DNA of 51,356 nt from Acidobacteriota bacterium (GTDB lineage: Bacteria; Acidobacteriota; Polarisedimenticolia; Gp22-AA2): assembly GCA_031394595.1 (NCBI GenBank), contig JANNTZ010000325.1:1-51356 (forward strand), read 5' to 3'. Below the pieces are notes generated by a model. The model saw only the letters and a list, made by a program, of their open reading frames with translations. It did not search any database and had not been told where the DNA came from. Both the position numbers and the translations under genes were made by a program. Shown here piece after piece: positions 1 through 9,268 of the stretch; position 1 is the first letter of the stretch; each line of letters starts with the position of its first letter.

Positions 1-1
1 G

Positions 2-244
2 CGGCGTCGCGCCTCGTTGGCGATGGATCCCCATCGCCGCCTCGGCGCTCCTTGCATCCACCTCGCAAGCCCCAGGCGAGCGACCCAACGGAATACCCGG
101 ACAGGCTCCTAGGCCCGGTGTGGGAACCTGGGCCGGAACCGAGGCCCGGCCCGGCGCGGCTATCGCGGGCATGTCCCCCTGCAGTGACCAGGCGGCGAAC
201 AGGACCGCCGCCGCGGCCAGTCTGCGCCCTCGACGTTTTCTCAT
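2..244 (-). CDS. Partial exported hypothetical protein, running off the 5' edge of the window
   Basis: ATG at 244 opens MRKRRGRRLAAAAVLFAAWSLQGDMPAIAAPG..., a basic N-terminus plus hydrophobic stretch typical of a signal peptide. No stop before position 1. Not in the ORF track. Confidence 0.5.
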   Translation of the reverse strand, partial: MRKRRGRRLAAAAVLFAAWSLQGDMPAIAAPGRASVPAQVPTPGLGACPGIPLGRSPGACEVDARSAEAAMGIHRQRGATP

Positions 245-428
245 GAATGACAGGGCTGGGCCCCCCCGCGCATCGCACTTGCCAGTCAAGTAACCGAAGA
301 GCACGCTCTTGCCGACGTTCGGGTTGCCAACCAGGACCAGCGGTTCTCCAGCGCGGGTCCCTGCAGGTTCCGGTCGCGCCGCCGTGGCCGCTCCACCCGG
401 TGTCGTCATCGAGCTCCCGACCGGCCGG

Positions 429-821
429 TCACGCGCACCGGCTGCGATACCCCATGATCTGGTGCGTGTGGCGCACCGGCCGGAAATGGTGTCGATCGCA
501 GATTGCATCCTGCAGGCGCTCGATCTCCTCGAACGCCATCTTCTATCCGGTCTCGAGGCTTGTCTTCCAGACCAGGCCGCTGCCGATCAGGTGGTCGAGG
601 GTGCGGTAGATCGTGGCCCGGGAAACCCGGATCCCGCGCCGTCGCAGGTGGGTTTGCAGGATCTCGGGATCGAAGTGGCGGCTGATCTCCAGGGAGGCCA
701 CCGCCACCGCCCTCCGACCGGGGGTGTTCTTGAGACCACGGCCCCTGAGGTAGACGCCAAAGCGGCCGATCTCTTCTCCGTGCGATCCGCCCACCTTTGC
801 CTGTCGTGCGTTCTGGCGCAT
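429..821 (-). pseudogene. fur: Fur-family transcriptional regulator, disrupted by an in-frame TAG and an internal deletion
   Basis: 821-543 encodes the Fur winged helix (GLKNTPGRRAV...VSRATIYRTLDHL..GLVWK), then TAG at 545-543. The same frame continues KMAFEEIERLQDAICDRHHFRPVRHTHQIMGYRSRCA to TGA at 431-429, matching a Fur C-terminus. The YEH..HHDHLxCxxC segment is absent. RBS GGAAGG precedes the ATG. Confidence 0.8.
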
Positions 822-834
822 GGACCTTCCTGGT

Positions 835-853
835 ATTGCGACTCAGTCTCAAT
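835..853. promoter_or_regulatory. 19-bp 9-1-9 palindrome, probable Fur-family operator
   Basis: ATTGCGACT-C-AGTCTCAAT, one mismatch between arms, lying between the fur -10 box and the start codon. Confidence 0.65.
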
Positions 854-863
854 TACGCTGGAA

Positions 864-892
864 ATCATAACCCCCTCCCCTCCCCCTGTCAA
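864..892 (-). promoter_or_regulatory. sigma70 promoter for fur
   Basis: TTGACA (892-887), 17 bp spacer, TATGAT (869-864). Confidence 0.75.
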
Positions 893-946
893 GCCGGCCG
901 GCTGTGCTAGTCTGCGGCGTGCCGGGAACTTGCGGCGGGAGGTTCG

Positions 947-1420
947 ATGGTGGAACGTGCCGGCGGCAAACGAGCCGATGCCTCGCGCGTCGAGATGACC
1001 GAGATCATCCTGCCCGAAGACACCAACCAGTACGGCCACGCCTGGGGCGGCCGGGTGATGGCGCTCATCGACAAGGCCGCCGCCATCGCAGCCACGCGGC
1101 ACGGCCGCAGCAATGTCGTGACCGCCTCGGTCGACTCGCTGACTTTCCGAGCCCCCGTCCGGCAGGGCCACATCCTCCGACTGCTCGCCTCGGTCAACGC
1201 AGCCTTTCACACGTCGATGGAGGTGGGGGTCAAGGTGCTGTCGGAGGATCCGCTGTCCGGGCGCCAGGCCCACTGCTGCACCGCCTATGTCACGATGGTG
1301 GCGCTCGACGCGGGGGGCCGCCCGACCCCGGTCCCCCTGCTGCTGCCGAACACACGCGAAGACCGGCGCCGTCGCCGGGAGGCCCTGCGTCGCCGCCGGA
1401 CACGGTTGGCGGCGCTGTAG
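947..1420 (+). CDS. Acyl-CoA thioesterase, hotdog fold (YciA-like)
   Basis: EIILPEDTNQYGHAWGGRVMALIDKAAAIAA..H....VVTASVDSLTF..PV..G motif. Start may be slightly downstream (ATG near 995). Confidence 0.9.
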   Translation: MVERAGGKRADASRVEMTEIILPEDTNQYGHAWGGRVMALIDKAAAIAATRHGRSNVVTASVDSLTFRAPVRQGHILRLLASVNAAFHTSMEVGVKVLSEDPLSGRQAHCCTAYVTMVALDAGGRPTPVPLLLPNTREDRRRRREALRRRRTRLAAL

Positions 1421-1552
1421 ACGACCGCATCCCCGCGCGCCGCCGGCCGATCCTTCGCCCCGCGTGGCGTCGCGCGGCTTGTGGCACGACCGGTGGAAGC
1501 TCCGCGCGACCCTGTGCTACGATTCACGCTTCCGCGCAGGAGGAACCAGTTC

Positions 1553-2671
1553 ATGAAGGTCACTCTGTCCATCATCAAGGCTGACGTCGGCAGCATCGGC
1601 GGCCACATCCGGCCCAGCGCCACCATGATGCAGTGCGTCCGTGAGTTCATCGCGGCTGAAGGGAAGGGGCTGCTGATCGACTGGTTCATCTGTCATACGG
1701 GCGACGACATCTCGATCCTGTCGTCGCACAGGCACGGCGTGGACAACAGCAAGGTCCACAAGCTCTGCTGGGATGCCTTCAAGGCCGCGACCGAGGTCGC
1801 GAAGCGGGAAGGACTCTACGGTGCCGGCCAGGACCTCCTCAAGGATGCCTTCTCGGGGAATGTGCGCGGGCTCGGGCCCGCCTCCGCCGAGATGGAGTTC
1901 GAGGAACGGGAGGCCGAACCCTTCCTCCTTTTCATGGCCGACAAGACGGAGCCGGGGGCCTACAACCTGCCGCTCTACCTGGCCTTCTGCGACCCGATGT
2001 ACGCGCCGGGGCTGATACTCAGCGCGAAGATCAAGCAGGGGTTCCGCTTCACGATCATGGATGTCAACCACACCGAGGGCGATCGGGTGGTCGAGCTCGA
2101 CACCCCTGAATCGATCTATGACGTCGCGGCGCTGCTGCGCGACAATCATCGCTTCGTCGTCGAGTCGATCCGCACCCGCAGCACCGACGAGATCGCCGCC
2201 GTGGTCTCGACGTCGCGTCTGCACAACATCTCGGGCAAGTATTCCGGCAAGGACGACCCGGTCATGCTGGTGCGGGTGCAGAGCCAGTTCCCGGCCACCG
2301 GCGAGATGCTCGCTCCATTCCGCGTGGCGCATTACGTCTCCGGGTTCAGCCGCGGCAGCCACCACGGCCCCCTCATGCCGGTGAAGATCAACTCGTCGAT
2401 CTCATTCTTCGACGGGCCGCCCATCGTGTCCTGCATCGCCTTTTCCATGCGGAACGGGAAGTTCGCCGAGCCGGCCGACGCCTTCGACCACCCCTTCTGG
2501 GACGAGATCCGGCAGATCGCGTCACGCAAGGCGCTGGCGATCCGTGACCAGGGGTTCTTCGGACCGGCAATGGTCGGTTACGAGGAACTCGAGTACGGCG
2601 GCATCGTCGACACCCTGAAGGCCCTCGACCGGCGGTTCAAGGTCCGCACGGAGCCCCGTAGCAAGGCCTGA
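1553..2671 (+). CDS. fbp: Bifunctional fructose-1,6-bisphosphate aldolase/phosphatase (class V FBPase)
   Basis: MKVTLSIIKADVGSIGGH, HTGDD, YGAGQDLL, MADKTEPGAYNLP, GKYSGKDDP (Tyr and Schiff-base Lys present), GSH. RBS AGGAGG before ATG 1553. Confidence 0.95.
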   Translation: MKVTLSIIKADVGSIGGHIRPSATMMQCVREFIAAEGKGLLIDWFICHTGDDISILSSHRHGVDNSKVHKLCWDAFKAATEVAKREGLYGAGQDLLKDAFSGNVRGLGPASAEMEFEEREAEPFLLFMADKTEPGAYNLPLYLAFCDPMYAPGLILSAKIKQGFRFTIMDVNHTEGDRVVELDTPESIYDVAALLRDNHRFVVESIRTRSTDEIAAVVSTSRLHNISGKYSGKDDPVMLVRVQSQFPATGEMLAPFRVAHYVSGFSRGSHHGPLMPVKINSSISFFDGPPIVSCIAFSMRNGKFAEPADAFDHPFWDEIRQIASRKALAIRDQGFFGPAMVGYEELEYGGIVDTLKALDRRFKVRTEPRSKA

Positions 2672-2760
2672 CGGGCCTCGTCGACCCGCTCCTCCCCCGG
2701 TTTGCTTACCCGCACTCCAAGCCCCATATTCCGGGGTGGCGCCCAGCGCCTGGGGGAATC

Positions 2761-4323
2761 GTGCGACCAGCCGGAGCGTGCCTGGAGATCTTCAGCGCCC
2801 ATCAGCCGCCCCGCCGGGTGGCCATTGACCGGACACCGTTCGCCATCGGTGCCGGACCCGGCGTCGACCTCGCCCTTCCCCAGGAGGGGCTGGCCCCGAT
2901 CCACGCCCGTATCGTGCTCCTGGCCGGGGTTCATCACGTGTTGCCGGTTTCCCCGCAGGCGACACTCCTGTGCGAAGGACAGCCCGTCCCCGAGGGAGGG
3001 ACGCCGCTGACGCACGGCGCCCGCATCCAGGCCGGCTCCAAAGCCGTGCCGATGCTGCGTTACCTGGTCCCCACCGCCCCGACCACCGAGGGCGAGGACC
3101 GGCTGGTCGCCCTGATGGAAATTGCCCGCACCATCACCTCCTCGCTCGCGGTCCACGAGGTCCTCGACCGGATCCTGGAGGGGGCCGTCCGGTTCTCCGG
3201 GGCGGAGCGCGGTTACCTGTTCCTGAAGGAAGGGGAACGGCTGGTCCCCTGGACCCGCGGCACCGAGGACGCGGCGCGGGTCGAGGTAAGCCGATCCGTG
3301 GCGGAGGAAGTGGCGCGGAACGGCCGACCCGTCTACCGTGACGTGGCAGCGGACGATTCCGGGCGACCCATCACGGAAAGCTTTGTCCGCCTGCGGCTGC
3401 AGGCCGTCCTGTGTGTCCCCCTGGCGGTGCGCGGCGAGGTCATCGGGGTCGTTTACCTCGACAGCCGGCGGCACCTCCCCCACCACCGTCCCGATCTCCC
3501 GCTGCTCGAGGCGCTAGCCGGTCTGGCAGCGGTGGCCATCCTCAATTCACGGCTGGTCGAGGACCGGGTTCGCACGGAGCGGACGCTCCTGATGGGTCAG
3601 ATGGCCCGGGTGATCGTCCACGACCTGCGCAGCCCGATGTCGGCCGTCCGCGGTCTCGCCCAGCTGCTGCGCGACCGCGCGCCGGAGGGCGATCCCTCGC
3701 GCCCCCATCTCGAGACCATCATGACCGAGGTGGACCGTCTCACGCGGTTGACGGGCGATCTCCTGCAATTCTCCCGCGAAGCCCCTCCCCTTCAGCGCCA
3801 GCCATCCGGTCTCGCCGACCTGATCCGCCAGACGCTGAAGACGCTCGAGGCAGCTTTGCAGCGATCGAAGATCGTGCCCACGCTCGATCTGGACGAGAAG
3901 GCGATCGCCTCCGTGGACGCGGCGCGCATCGTCCGGGTCCTGCACAACCTGATCGCCAATGCCATGGACGCCATGCCCTCAGGCGGGCGCCTGACTCTGC
4001 GGTGCGCTCTCGAGGGGCGCACGGCGCTCCTGCAGGTCCGCGACGCCGGCCGGGGGATGCCCCCCGAGGTCCTGCGGCGAGTGTGCGAGCCGTTCTTCAC
4101 CCACGGCAAGGCCAACGGTACCGGTCTCGGGATGGCGATTGTCCGCAAGATCGTCGACGAGCACCACGGAGAGATCCGGATCGAGAGCGCCCCGGATCGG
4201 GGGACCTGCGTGACGCTGCGACTCCCCGACCCGTCTTTGGCCGCCGCACCGGCCCAGCCGGGTCCCGGAGCTCAACCGGGCAGCGGTCCGGCGGGCGGCC
4301 CTCCATCCCCGACGTTGAACTGA
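2761..4323 (+). CDS. Sensor histidine kinase: FHA-like + GAF + HisKA + HATPase
   Basis: H-box IVHDLRSPM, N-box NLIANAMDAM, G1 DAGRGM, F-box PFFT, G2 GTGLGM. GAF segment SLAVHEVLDRILE..GAERGYLFL..AVLCVPL..GVVYLDS. GTG start. Confidence 0.9.
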   Translation: MRPAGACLEIFSAHQPPRRVAIDRTPFAIGAGPGVDLALPQEGLAPIHARIVLLAGVHHVLPVSPQATLLCEGQPVPEGGTPLTHGARIQAGSKAVPMLRYLVPTAPTTEGEDRLVALMEIARTITSSLAVHEVLDRILEGAVRFSGAERGYLFLKEGERLVPWTRGTEDAARVEVSRSVAEEVARNGRPVYRDVAADDSGRPITESFVRLRLQAVLCVPLAVRGEVIGVVYLDSRRHLPHHRPDLPLLEALAGLAAVAILNSRLVEDRVRTERTLLMGQMARVIVHDLRSPMSAVRGLAQLLRDRAPEGDPSRPHLETIMTEVDRLTRLTGDLLQFSREAPPLQRQPSGLADLIRQTLKTLEAALQRSKIVPTLDLDEKAIASVDAARIVRVLHNLIANAMDAMPSGGRLTLRCALEGRTALLQVRDAGRGMPPEVLRRVCEPFFTHGKANGTGLGMAIVRKIVDEHHGEIRIESAPDRGTCVTLRLPDPSLAAAPAQPGPGAQPGSGPAGGPPSPTLN

Positions 4324-5822
4324 TCCGGCTGCATCCCCGAGTCGGACTGAACGCGAATCGCCCCGGCCCGCACGTGGGTCCACGACTCGATCTGCGCGAT
4401 GCGGTCCTCGACGTGGGCAGCGAGACGCGGGTGGGCACGGACGATGACCGGCTCCCCGGGTAGCCCCGACGCCCGCCGGACAGCGCGCGCCACATCCAGG
4501 AGAAGCGTCTCGAGCGAGCGTACCCGTCCGCTTCCCTGGCAGGCCGCGCACGGCTCCATCAGGATGCGGTCCAGGCTCCTCTTGGTGCGCTGTCGCGTGA
4601 TCTCCACGAGCCCGAACTCGCTGATCTGGAGCATCCGGGATCGCGACCGGTCGCGACGCAGATCGGCCTCGAGCGCCGCCGCCACACGCGTGCGACTCTC
4701 GGGCTGCTCCATGTCGATGAAATCGATCACGATGATCCCGCCGAGATCGCGCAGCCGGATCTGGCGCACGATTTCATGCACCGCCTCGAGGTTGGTCTTC
4801 AGGATGGTCTCCTCGGGATGGCGCGAGCCGACATACTTGCCGGTGTTGACATCGATTGCGACCAACGCCTCGGTCTGATGGACCACGATCGATCCGCCCG
4901 ACTTCAGCCAGACCCGTGGTCGGAGGGCTTTTTCGATCTGGGGATCGATACGCCGCGCCACGAACAGGGGCGGCCCCTCATGGAGACGCAGCCGGGACAG
5001 CAGATCCGGCTGGACCTCTTTGACGTAGGCGGTGGCCTGCCGGAAGGCCGGCTCCCCTTCGACCAGGACCTGCCCGGCGTCGTTCTGAAGGAGGTCCCTC
5101 AGGACCTTCTCCAGCACGCCGGACTCCTGGTGCAGCAGCGCCGGCGCGGCCCGGGTCTCCGCCTGTTGGCGAATCGCCCGCCACCGGTTCGCGAGTTCCC
5201 GCGCATCCCGTTCGAAGACTCCGGCTTCCAGCCCTTCACCGGCGGTGCGGATGATGTAGCCGCCACCGTCTCCCACGGCCGCCGACAGATCGCGTGCGAT
5301 GCCCCGCAGGCGCTCGCGTTCCCCTTCGGCCGCGATGCGCCGCGAGACGCCGCAGTGCGCCACGGTCGGCAGAAACACCAGGAGCCGCCCGGGCAGCGAG
5401 ACATGGGCGGTGATCCGGACCCCCTTCTGCCCGACCGGATCCTTGGTGATCTGCACCACCAGGTCCTGCCCGGGACGCAGGAGGTCTTCGATCCGGGGGC
5501 GCGGTGCCTGCGGCGGGGGAAGCGCCCCTTCGAACTCGGCCTCGACCAGGCCCTCCCAGGCCGGGCCGACGACGAGGTCATCGACGTACAGGAAAGCGTC
5601 CCGTTCGAGCCCGATGTCGACGAATGCCGCCTGCATCCCCGGCAAGACGTTGCTGACACGACCCCGGCAGACGTTGCCCGCCACGCCCCGGTCGGCGACC
5701 CGTTCGACGAATAACTCGACGAGCAGGTCATCCTCGAGGACGGCAATGCGGGTCTCACCCGGCGATCCCTCGACCAGGATCTCGCGGCGGGTGGTGTCGC
5801 GGTCAGTGTCGGATGCCGCCAT
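4272..5822 (-). CDS. rng: Rne/Rng family ribonuclease (RNase G-like)
   Basis: S1 region GRVSNVLPGMQAAFVDIG, TEALVAIDVNTG, RLRDLGGIIVIDFIDM, C-terminal CxxCxG. Last gene of the mre-mrd operon. Confidence 0.93.
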   Translation of the reverse strand: MAASDTDRDTTRREILVEGSPGETRIAVLEDDLLVELFVERVADRGVAGNVCRGRVSNVLPGMQAAFVDIGLERDAFLYVDDLVVGPAWEGLVEAEFEGALPPPQAPRPRIEDLLRPGQDLVVQITKDPVGQKGVRITAHVSLPGRLLVFLPTVAHCGVSRRIAAEGERERLRGIARDLSAAVGDGGGYIIRTAGEGLEAGVFERDARELANRWRAIRQQAETRAAPALLHQESGVLEKVLRDLLQNDAGQVLVEGEPAFRQATAYVKEVQPDLLSRLRLHEGPPLFVARRIDPQIEKALRPRVWLKSGGSIVVHQTEALVAIDVNTGKYVGSRHPEETILKTNLEAVHEIVRQIRLRDLGGIIVIDFIDMEQPESRTRVAAALEADLRRDRSRSRMLQISEFGLVEITRQRTKRSLDRILMEPCAACQGSGRVRSLETLLLDVARAVRRASGLPGEPVIVRAHPRLAAHVEDRIAQIESWTHVRAGAIRVQSDSGMQPDQFNVGDGGPPAGPLPG

Positions 5823-5829
5823 CGCCGCC

Positions 5830-6957
5830 TCAATTCACCAAGCGGCGCGTCCAGACGTTGAGCACCAGGCCAAGGCCCAGCAGCGTGCTCACCAGGCTGG
5901 AACCGCCGTAGCTCATGAGCGGCAGCGGGACCCCGGTCGTCGGCAGCAGCCCGACGACGACGCCGATGTTGAGGATGGCCTGGCCCCCGAGCAGGCAGAC
6001 GACACCGAGGGCGAGGAACACGCCCAGCCGGTCGCGCGCCGCGCGGGCGGTGGCCAGGCACCGGTAGAGGATGACGAAATAGAGTCCGAGCAGGAGGAGC
6101 GACCCGAGAAAACCGCGCTCCTCCGCCAGCACCGCAAAAATGAAGTCGGTGTGCTGTTCGGGGAGGAACTGCAGCTGACCCTGGGTCCCGGAGAGGAACC
6201 CCTTGCCGAGGATGCCCCCCGATCCGACGGCGATGAGCGACTGGATGAGCTGGTAGCCCGCCCCCTTCGGATCGTTCGTGGGGTCGAGAAAAGTCCTGAC
6301 CCGCTCCTTCTGATAGGGCTTCAGGTGCGACCAGACCAGCGGCAGCGCCAGGATCACGATCAACCCGAGAATCACCAGGGTGCGGATGCGGATCCCTGCG
6401 ACGAAGGTCGTCCCGGCGAGGAGCGGCGCGAAGGTCACGGCGGTCCCGAGATCCGGCTGCTTCATGATCAGCAGCACCGGGAGGCCGACGATCCCGGCGA
6501 GCGCGGCGAAGTTGAATGCTCCCAGGCCGCGCACTCTCTCGCGCCCCAGGTAGGCGGCCAGCAGCATCACGGTGGCCATCTTGGCCATCTCGGACGGCTG
6601 GAATTGGAGCCCGCCGATCCCGATCCACGATTGACTGGCGTTCACGGTCCGCCCGACGATCAAGGTGAGGACCAGAAGGACCGCGGACAGGACGTAAAAC
6701 ACCGGGGCGAACGCGGCGAGCGTGTGGTAGTCGATGATCAAGGCGAGGAGCATGAGCGCCAGACCCACGCCCAGCCACATCAGCTGCCGGCGGAAGGCCC
6801 CGGCCACGGGCGTGCCGACAGTGGAGGAGTAAATGACGAGCAACCCCACCCCCGCCACGGCGAGGACGGCCGAGAACAGGATCCAGTCGAAGCTACCGAG
6901 ATAACGTCGCGCTTGCAACCCGGGCCTCCGGCGGCCGCCGATCGGGGCTGCCGCCAT
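5830..6957 (-). CDS. rodA: Rod shape-determining protein RodA (SEDS glycosyltransferase)
   Basis: Multi-TM protein with QPSEMAK, KQPDLGTA, LPEQHTDFIFAVLAEE, TGVPLPLMSYGGSS. Start chosen at ATG 6957. Confidence 0.95.
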   Translation of the reverse strand: MAAAPIGGRRRPGLQARRYLGSFDWILFSAVLAVAGVGLLVIYSSTVGTPVAGAFRRQLMWLGVGLALMLLALIIDYHTLAAFAPVFYVLSAVLLVLTLIVGRTVNASQSWIGIGGLQFQPSEMAKMATVMLLAAYLGRERVRGLGAFNFAALAGIVGLPVLLIMKQPDLGTAVTFAPLLAGTTFVAGIRIRTLVILGLIVILALPLVWSHLKPYQKERVRTFLDPTNDPKGAGYQLIQSLIAVGSGGILGKGFLSGTQGQLQFLPEQHTDFIFAVLAEERGFLGSLLLLGLYFVILYRCLATARAARDRLGVFLALGVVCLLGGQAILNIGVVVGLLPTTGVPLPLMSYGGSSLVSTLLGLGLVLNVWTRRLVN

Positions 6958-8800
6958 CCTTTTTCGCGAAGAACTTCTCCAGCACCGCGCGGGCGATCGG
7001 GGCGGCCGTCGTGCCGCCGTGCCCGCCATTCTGCACGAAGACCGCCCAGGCGATCTGGGGGTGGTCCCGGGGGGCGAAACCGATGAACCATGCGTGATCG
7101 CGCTTCTCTTTCGTCAGCTTGTCGGCGTCGACGTCACGCGAGGCCTTGAACACCTGCGCCGTCCCGGTCTTGGCGCACACGTCCCGGCCGGCGATCAGGG
7201 CGCGCGATCCGGTGCCGAGCTCATTCACCACGCCCCACATGGCGTCCTTGATCACCTCCAGCGTGCGTGCCTGCAGCGGGACCGTCCGCACTCGTGCGTC
7301 GGTGTTCTCGGCCTCCTGCACACCTTCCCGGATCTCGCGCGCCCGGATCAGGTGCGGGCGCCAGATGGTTCCTCCATTCCCCACGGTCGCCGCGAACACC
7401 GCCATCTGCAGCGGGGTGACCTCGAGCGCGCCCTGGCCGATCGAGACGCTGATGGTCTCCCCGGGGTGCCACACCGGATCGCGCGGCATGACCCGCTGCT
7501 TCCATTCCGGATCGGGCACCGTGCCGGCCTCCTCCCTGGGCAGGTCGATTCCTGTCGGCTCGCCGAACCCGAGGAGGTGCGCCCAGCGCGAGATCCGCTC
7601 GATCCCCATCTCGTGGCCGAGGCGGTAGAAATACACGTTGCACGAGTGGACGATCGCTTCGCGCATCTTCACGTAGCCGTGACCGCCCTTGCGGACAGCC
7701 CAGCACTGGTAGGTGCGGTCGCCGAAACGCCAGCCCCCCGTGCACATGTCGCCCCGGCCGGGTCCCGCGATCCCGTCCTCGAGGGCTGCGATCGCCATGA
7801 CGATCTTGAAGACTGAACCGGGTGCGAACTTCGAGAGCGAGGCGCGGTTCTGCAGCGGGTGCTTCGCATCCCGCACCAGACCGTCCCAGGTATCCTGGGA
7901 GAACCGGGTCGCGAAGACGTTCGGGTCGAACGCCGGCCGCGAGATCATCGCCAGAACCTCGCCCGAATCAGGGTCGAGGAACACCGCCGAACCCGCCTCG
8001 TCGGCGAACGCCTCTTCCAGGGTGCGCTGCAGATCGAGATCGAGAGTCAGGCTCAGGGCCCGACCCGGGGTCGGCCGGTGCCCTTCCTGCACCTCCTCGA
8101 TCTCCCGCCCGTGGCTGTTGACCACAACCTGCTTCCACCCTGGCGCGCCGCGCAGTTTGCCGTCGTAGCTTTTCTCGACTCCGGCTTTGCCGACGATCTC
8201 TCCCAGTTCATACGTGCCGTCGTTTTCCTGCTTGATCTGCTCCTCGCTCACCTCGCCCACGTAACCGAGGGCGTGGGCCGCCATGGTCCCGTGGAGATAA
8301 TGCCGCCGCGACTCAACCTCGACCGACAGCATCGGCAGTTCCAGCCGGCGGGACTCGATAAACGCGGCCTCGGCGAGACTCACGTCTTCCTTGAGGATGA
8401 CCGGCTCGAACGCCGGCCGCGTCCTGGCCCGATCGAGCCGCTGACGCAGCGTCGGGACATCGGTCCCGAGCATCCGGGACAGATCGGGGAGGAACCCCTC
8501 CAGGTCGGCCACCTTGTCGCGGTTGAGACGGATGTTGAAAGCGATGCGGTTGTCTGCCAGGGGATGCTGCTCGCGGTCGGTGATGACGCCGCGCAACGGC
8601 GCCATCGTGACCCGGCGCAGCCGGTTGCTGTCGGAGAGGCGGCGATAGTGGTCGCTCTTGATGACTTGGAGGTACCAGAACGACATCAGGTAGACGATGA
8701 GGGTGGCGGCGAACACCACATGGATCACCGTCAGACGCGTGCCCAGCCGGTTGGCTTCGGTGTAGTCCTGCGCGCCGCGGAACGAGGGGGGATTCGCCAT
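6893..8800 (-). CDS. mrdA: Penicillin-binding protein 2
   Basis: N-terminal TM, PBP dimerisation domain, PGSVFK (SxxK), SCN (SxN), KTGTAQ (KTG). Confidence 0.95.
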   Translation of the reverse strand: MANPPSFRGAQDYTEANRLGTRLTVIHVVFAATLIVYLMSFWYLQVIKSDHYRRLSDSNRLRRVTMAPLRGVITDREQHPLADNRIAFNIRLNRDKVADLEGFLPDLSRMLGTDVPTLRQRLDRARTRPAFEPVILKEDVSLAEAAFIESRRLELPMLSVEVESRRHYLHGTMAAHALGYVGEVSEEQIKQENDGTYELGEIVGKAGVEKSYDGKLRGAPGWKQVVVNSHGREIEEVQEGHRPTPGRALSLTLDLDLQRTLEEAFADEAGSAVFLDPDSGEVLAMISRPAFDPNVFATRFSQDTWDGLVRDAKHPLQNRASLSKFAPGSVFKIVMAIAALEDGIAGPGRGDMCTGGWRFGDRTYQCWAVRKGGHGYVKMREAIVHSCNVYFYRLGHEMGIERISRWAHLLGFGEPTGIDLPREEAGTVPDPEWKQRVMPRDPVWHPGETISVSIGQGALEVTPLQMAVFAATVGNGGTIWRPHLIRAREIREGVQEAENTDARVRTVPLQARTLEVIKDAMWGVVNELGTGSRALIAGRDVCAKTGTAQVFKASRDVDADKLTKEKRDHAWFIGFAPRDHPQIAWAVFVQNGGHGGTTAAPIARAVLEKFFAKKDGGSPDRRPPEARVASATLSR

Positions 8801-8803
8801 GGT

Positions 8804-9268
8804 CTACGGAAGCCGCGCCGCCACCCAGAAAAACAGCAACCCGAAGACACCGTTCCCGAGGCCCCTCCACACCAGGTCGAGGGCCCCGGGAATATCGAAC
8901 GCCCTCCCGAGCGCCAGCGACAGGCCGAGTTCCACGAACGGGTCGAGGACGGTGGCCAGGAACAGGATCCCGAACCGTGGCACGGTCTGATTGAGCATGA
9001 ACAGGGCGCCGAACGACGCCACCAGGTACCCGAGGAGGGTCTTCTTGAAACCGTTGAGCCCCAGGATCGATCCGATCAGCGCGTCCTCGACCAGCCCGGC
9101 CCCCGCGCCGGTGGTCATGGCGGTGGCCGGGGGTCGCGTCAGACCGAAGTACACGACGACGATCAGGAACAGGTCGCAGTAACGTGCCAGCGCCGGCAGG
9201 TGGCCGACCAGCAGCACCTGGGCCAGGGCCGCGGCCCCGATCGCAAGAAGCGCCCGAAGCGACTTCAC
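8804..9268 (-). CDS. mreD: Rod shape-determining protein MreD
   Basis: Hydrophobic 154-aa protein between mreC and mrdA; DLFLIVVVYFGL...GLVEDAL pattern. Confidence 0.88.
   Translation of the reverse strand: MKSLRALLAIGAAALAQVLLVGHLPALARYCDLFLIVVVYFGLTRPPATAMTTGAGAGLVEDALIGSILGLNGFKKTLLGYLVASFGALFMLNQTVPRFGILFLATVLDPFVELGLSLALGRAFDIPGALDLVWRGLGNGVFGLLFFWVAARLP

Noticed and set aside
543-545. Pyrrolysine or amber read-through of the TAG in fur
   Set aside because: No pyl genes or MttB-type targets in the window. The adjacent deletion of the metal-binding core means read-through would not restore a normal Fur.
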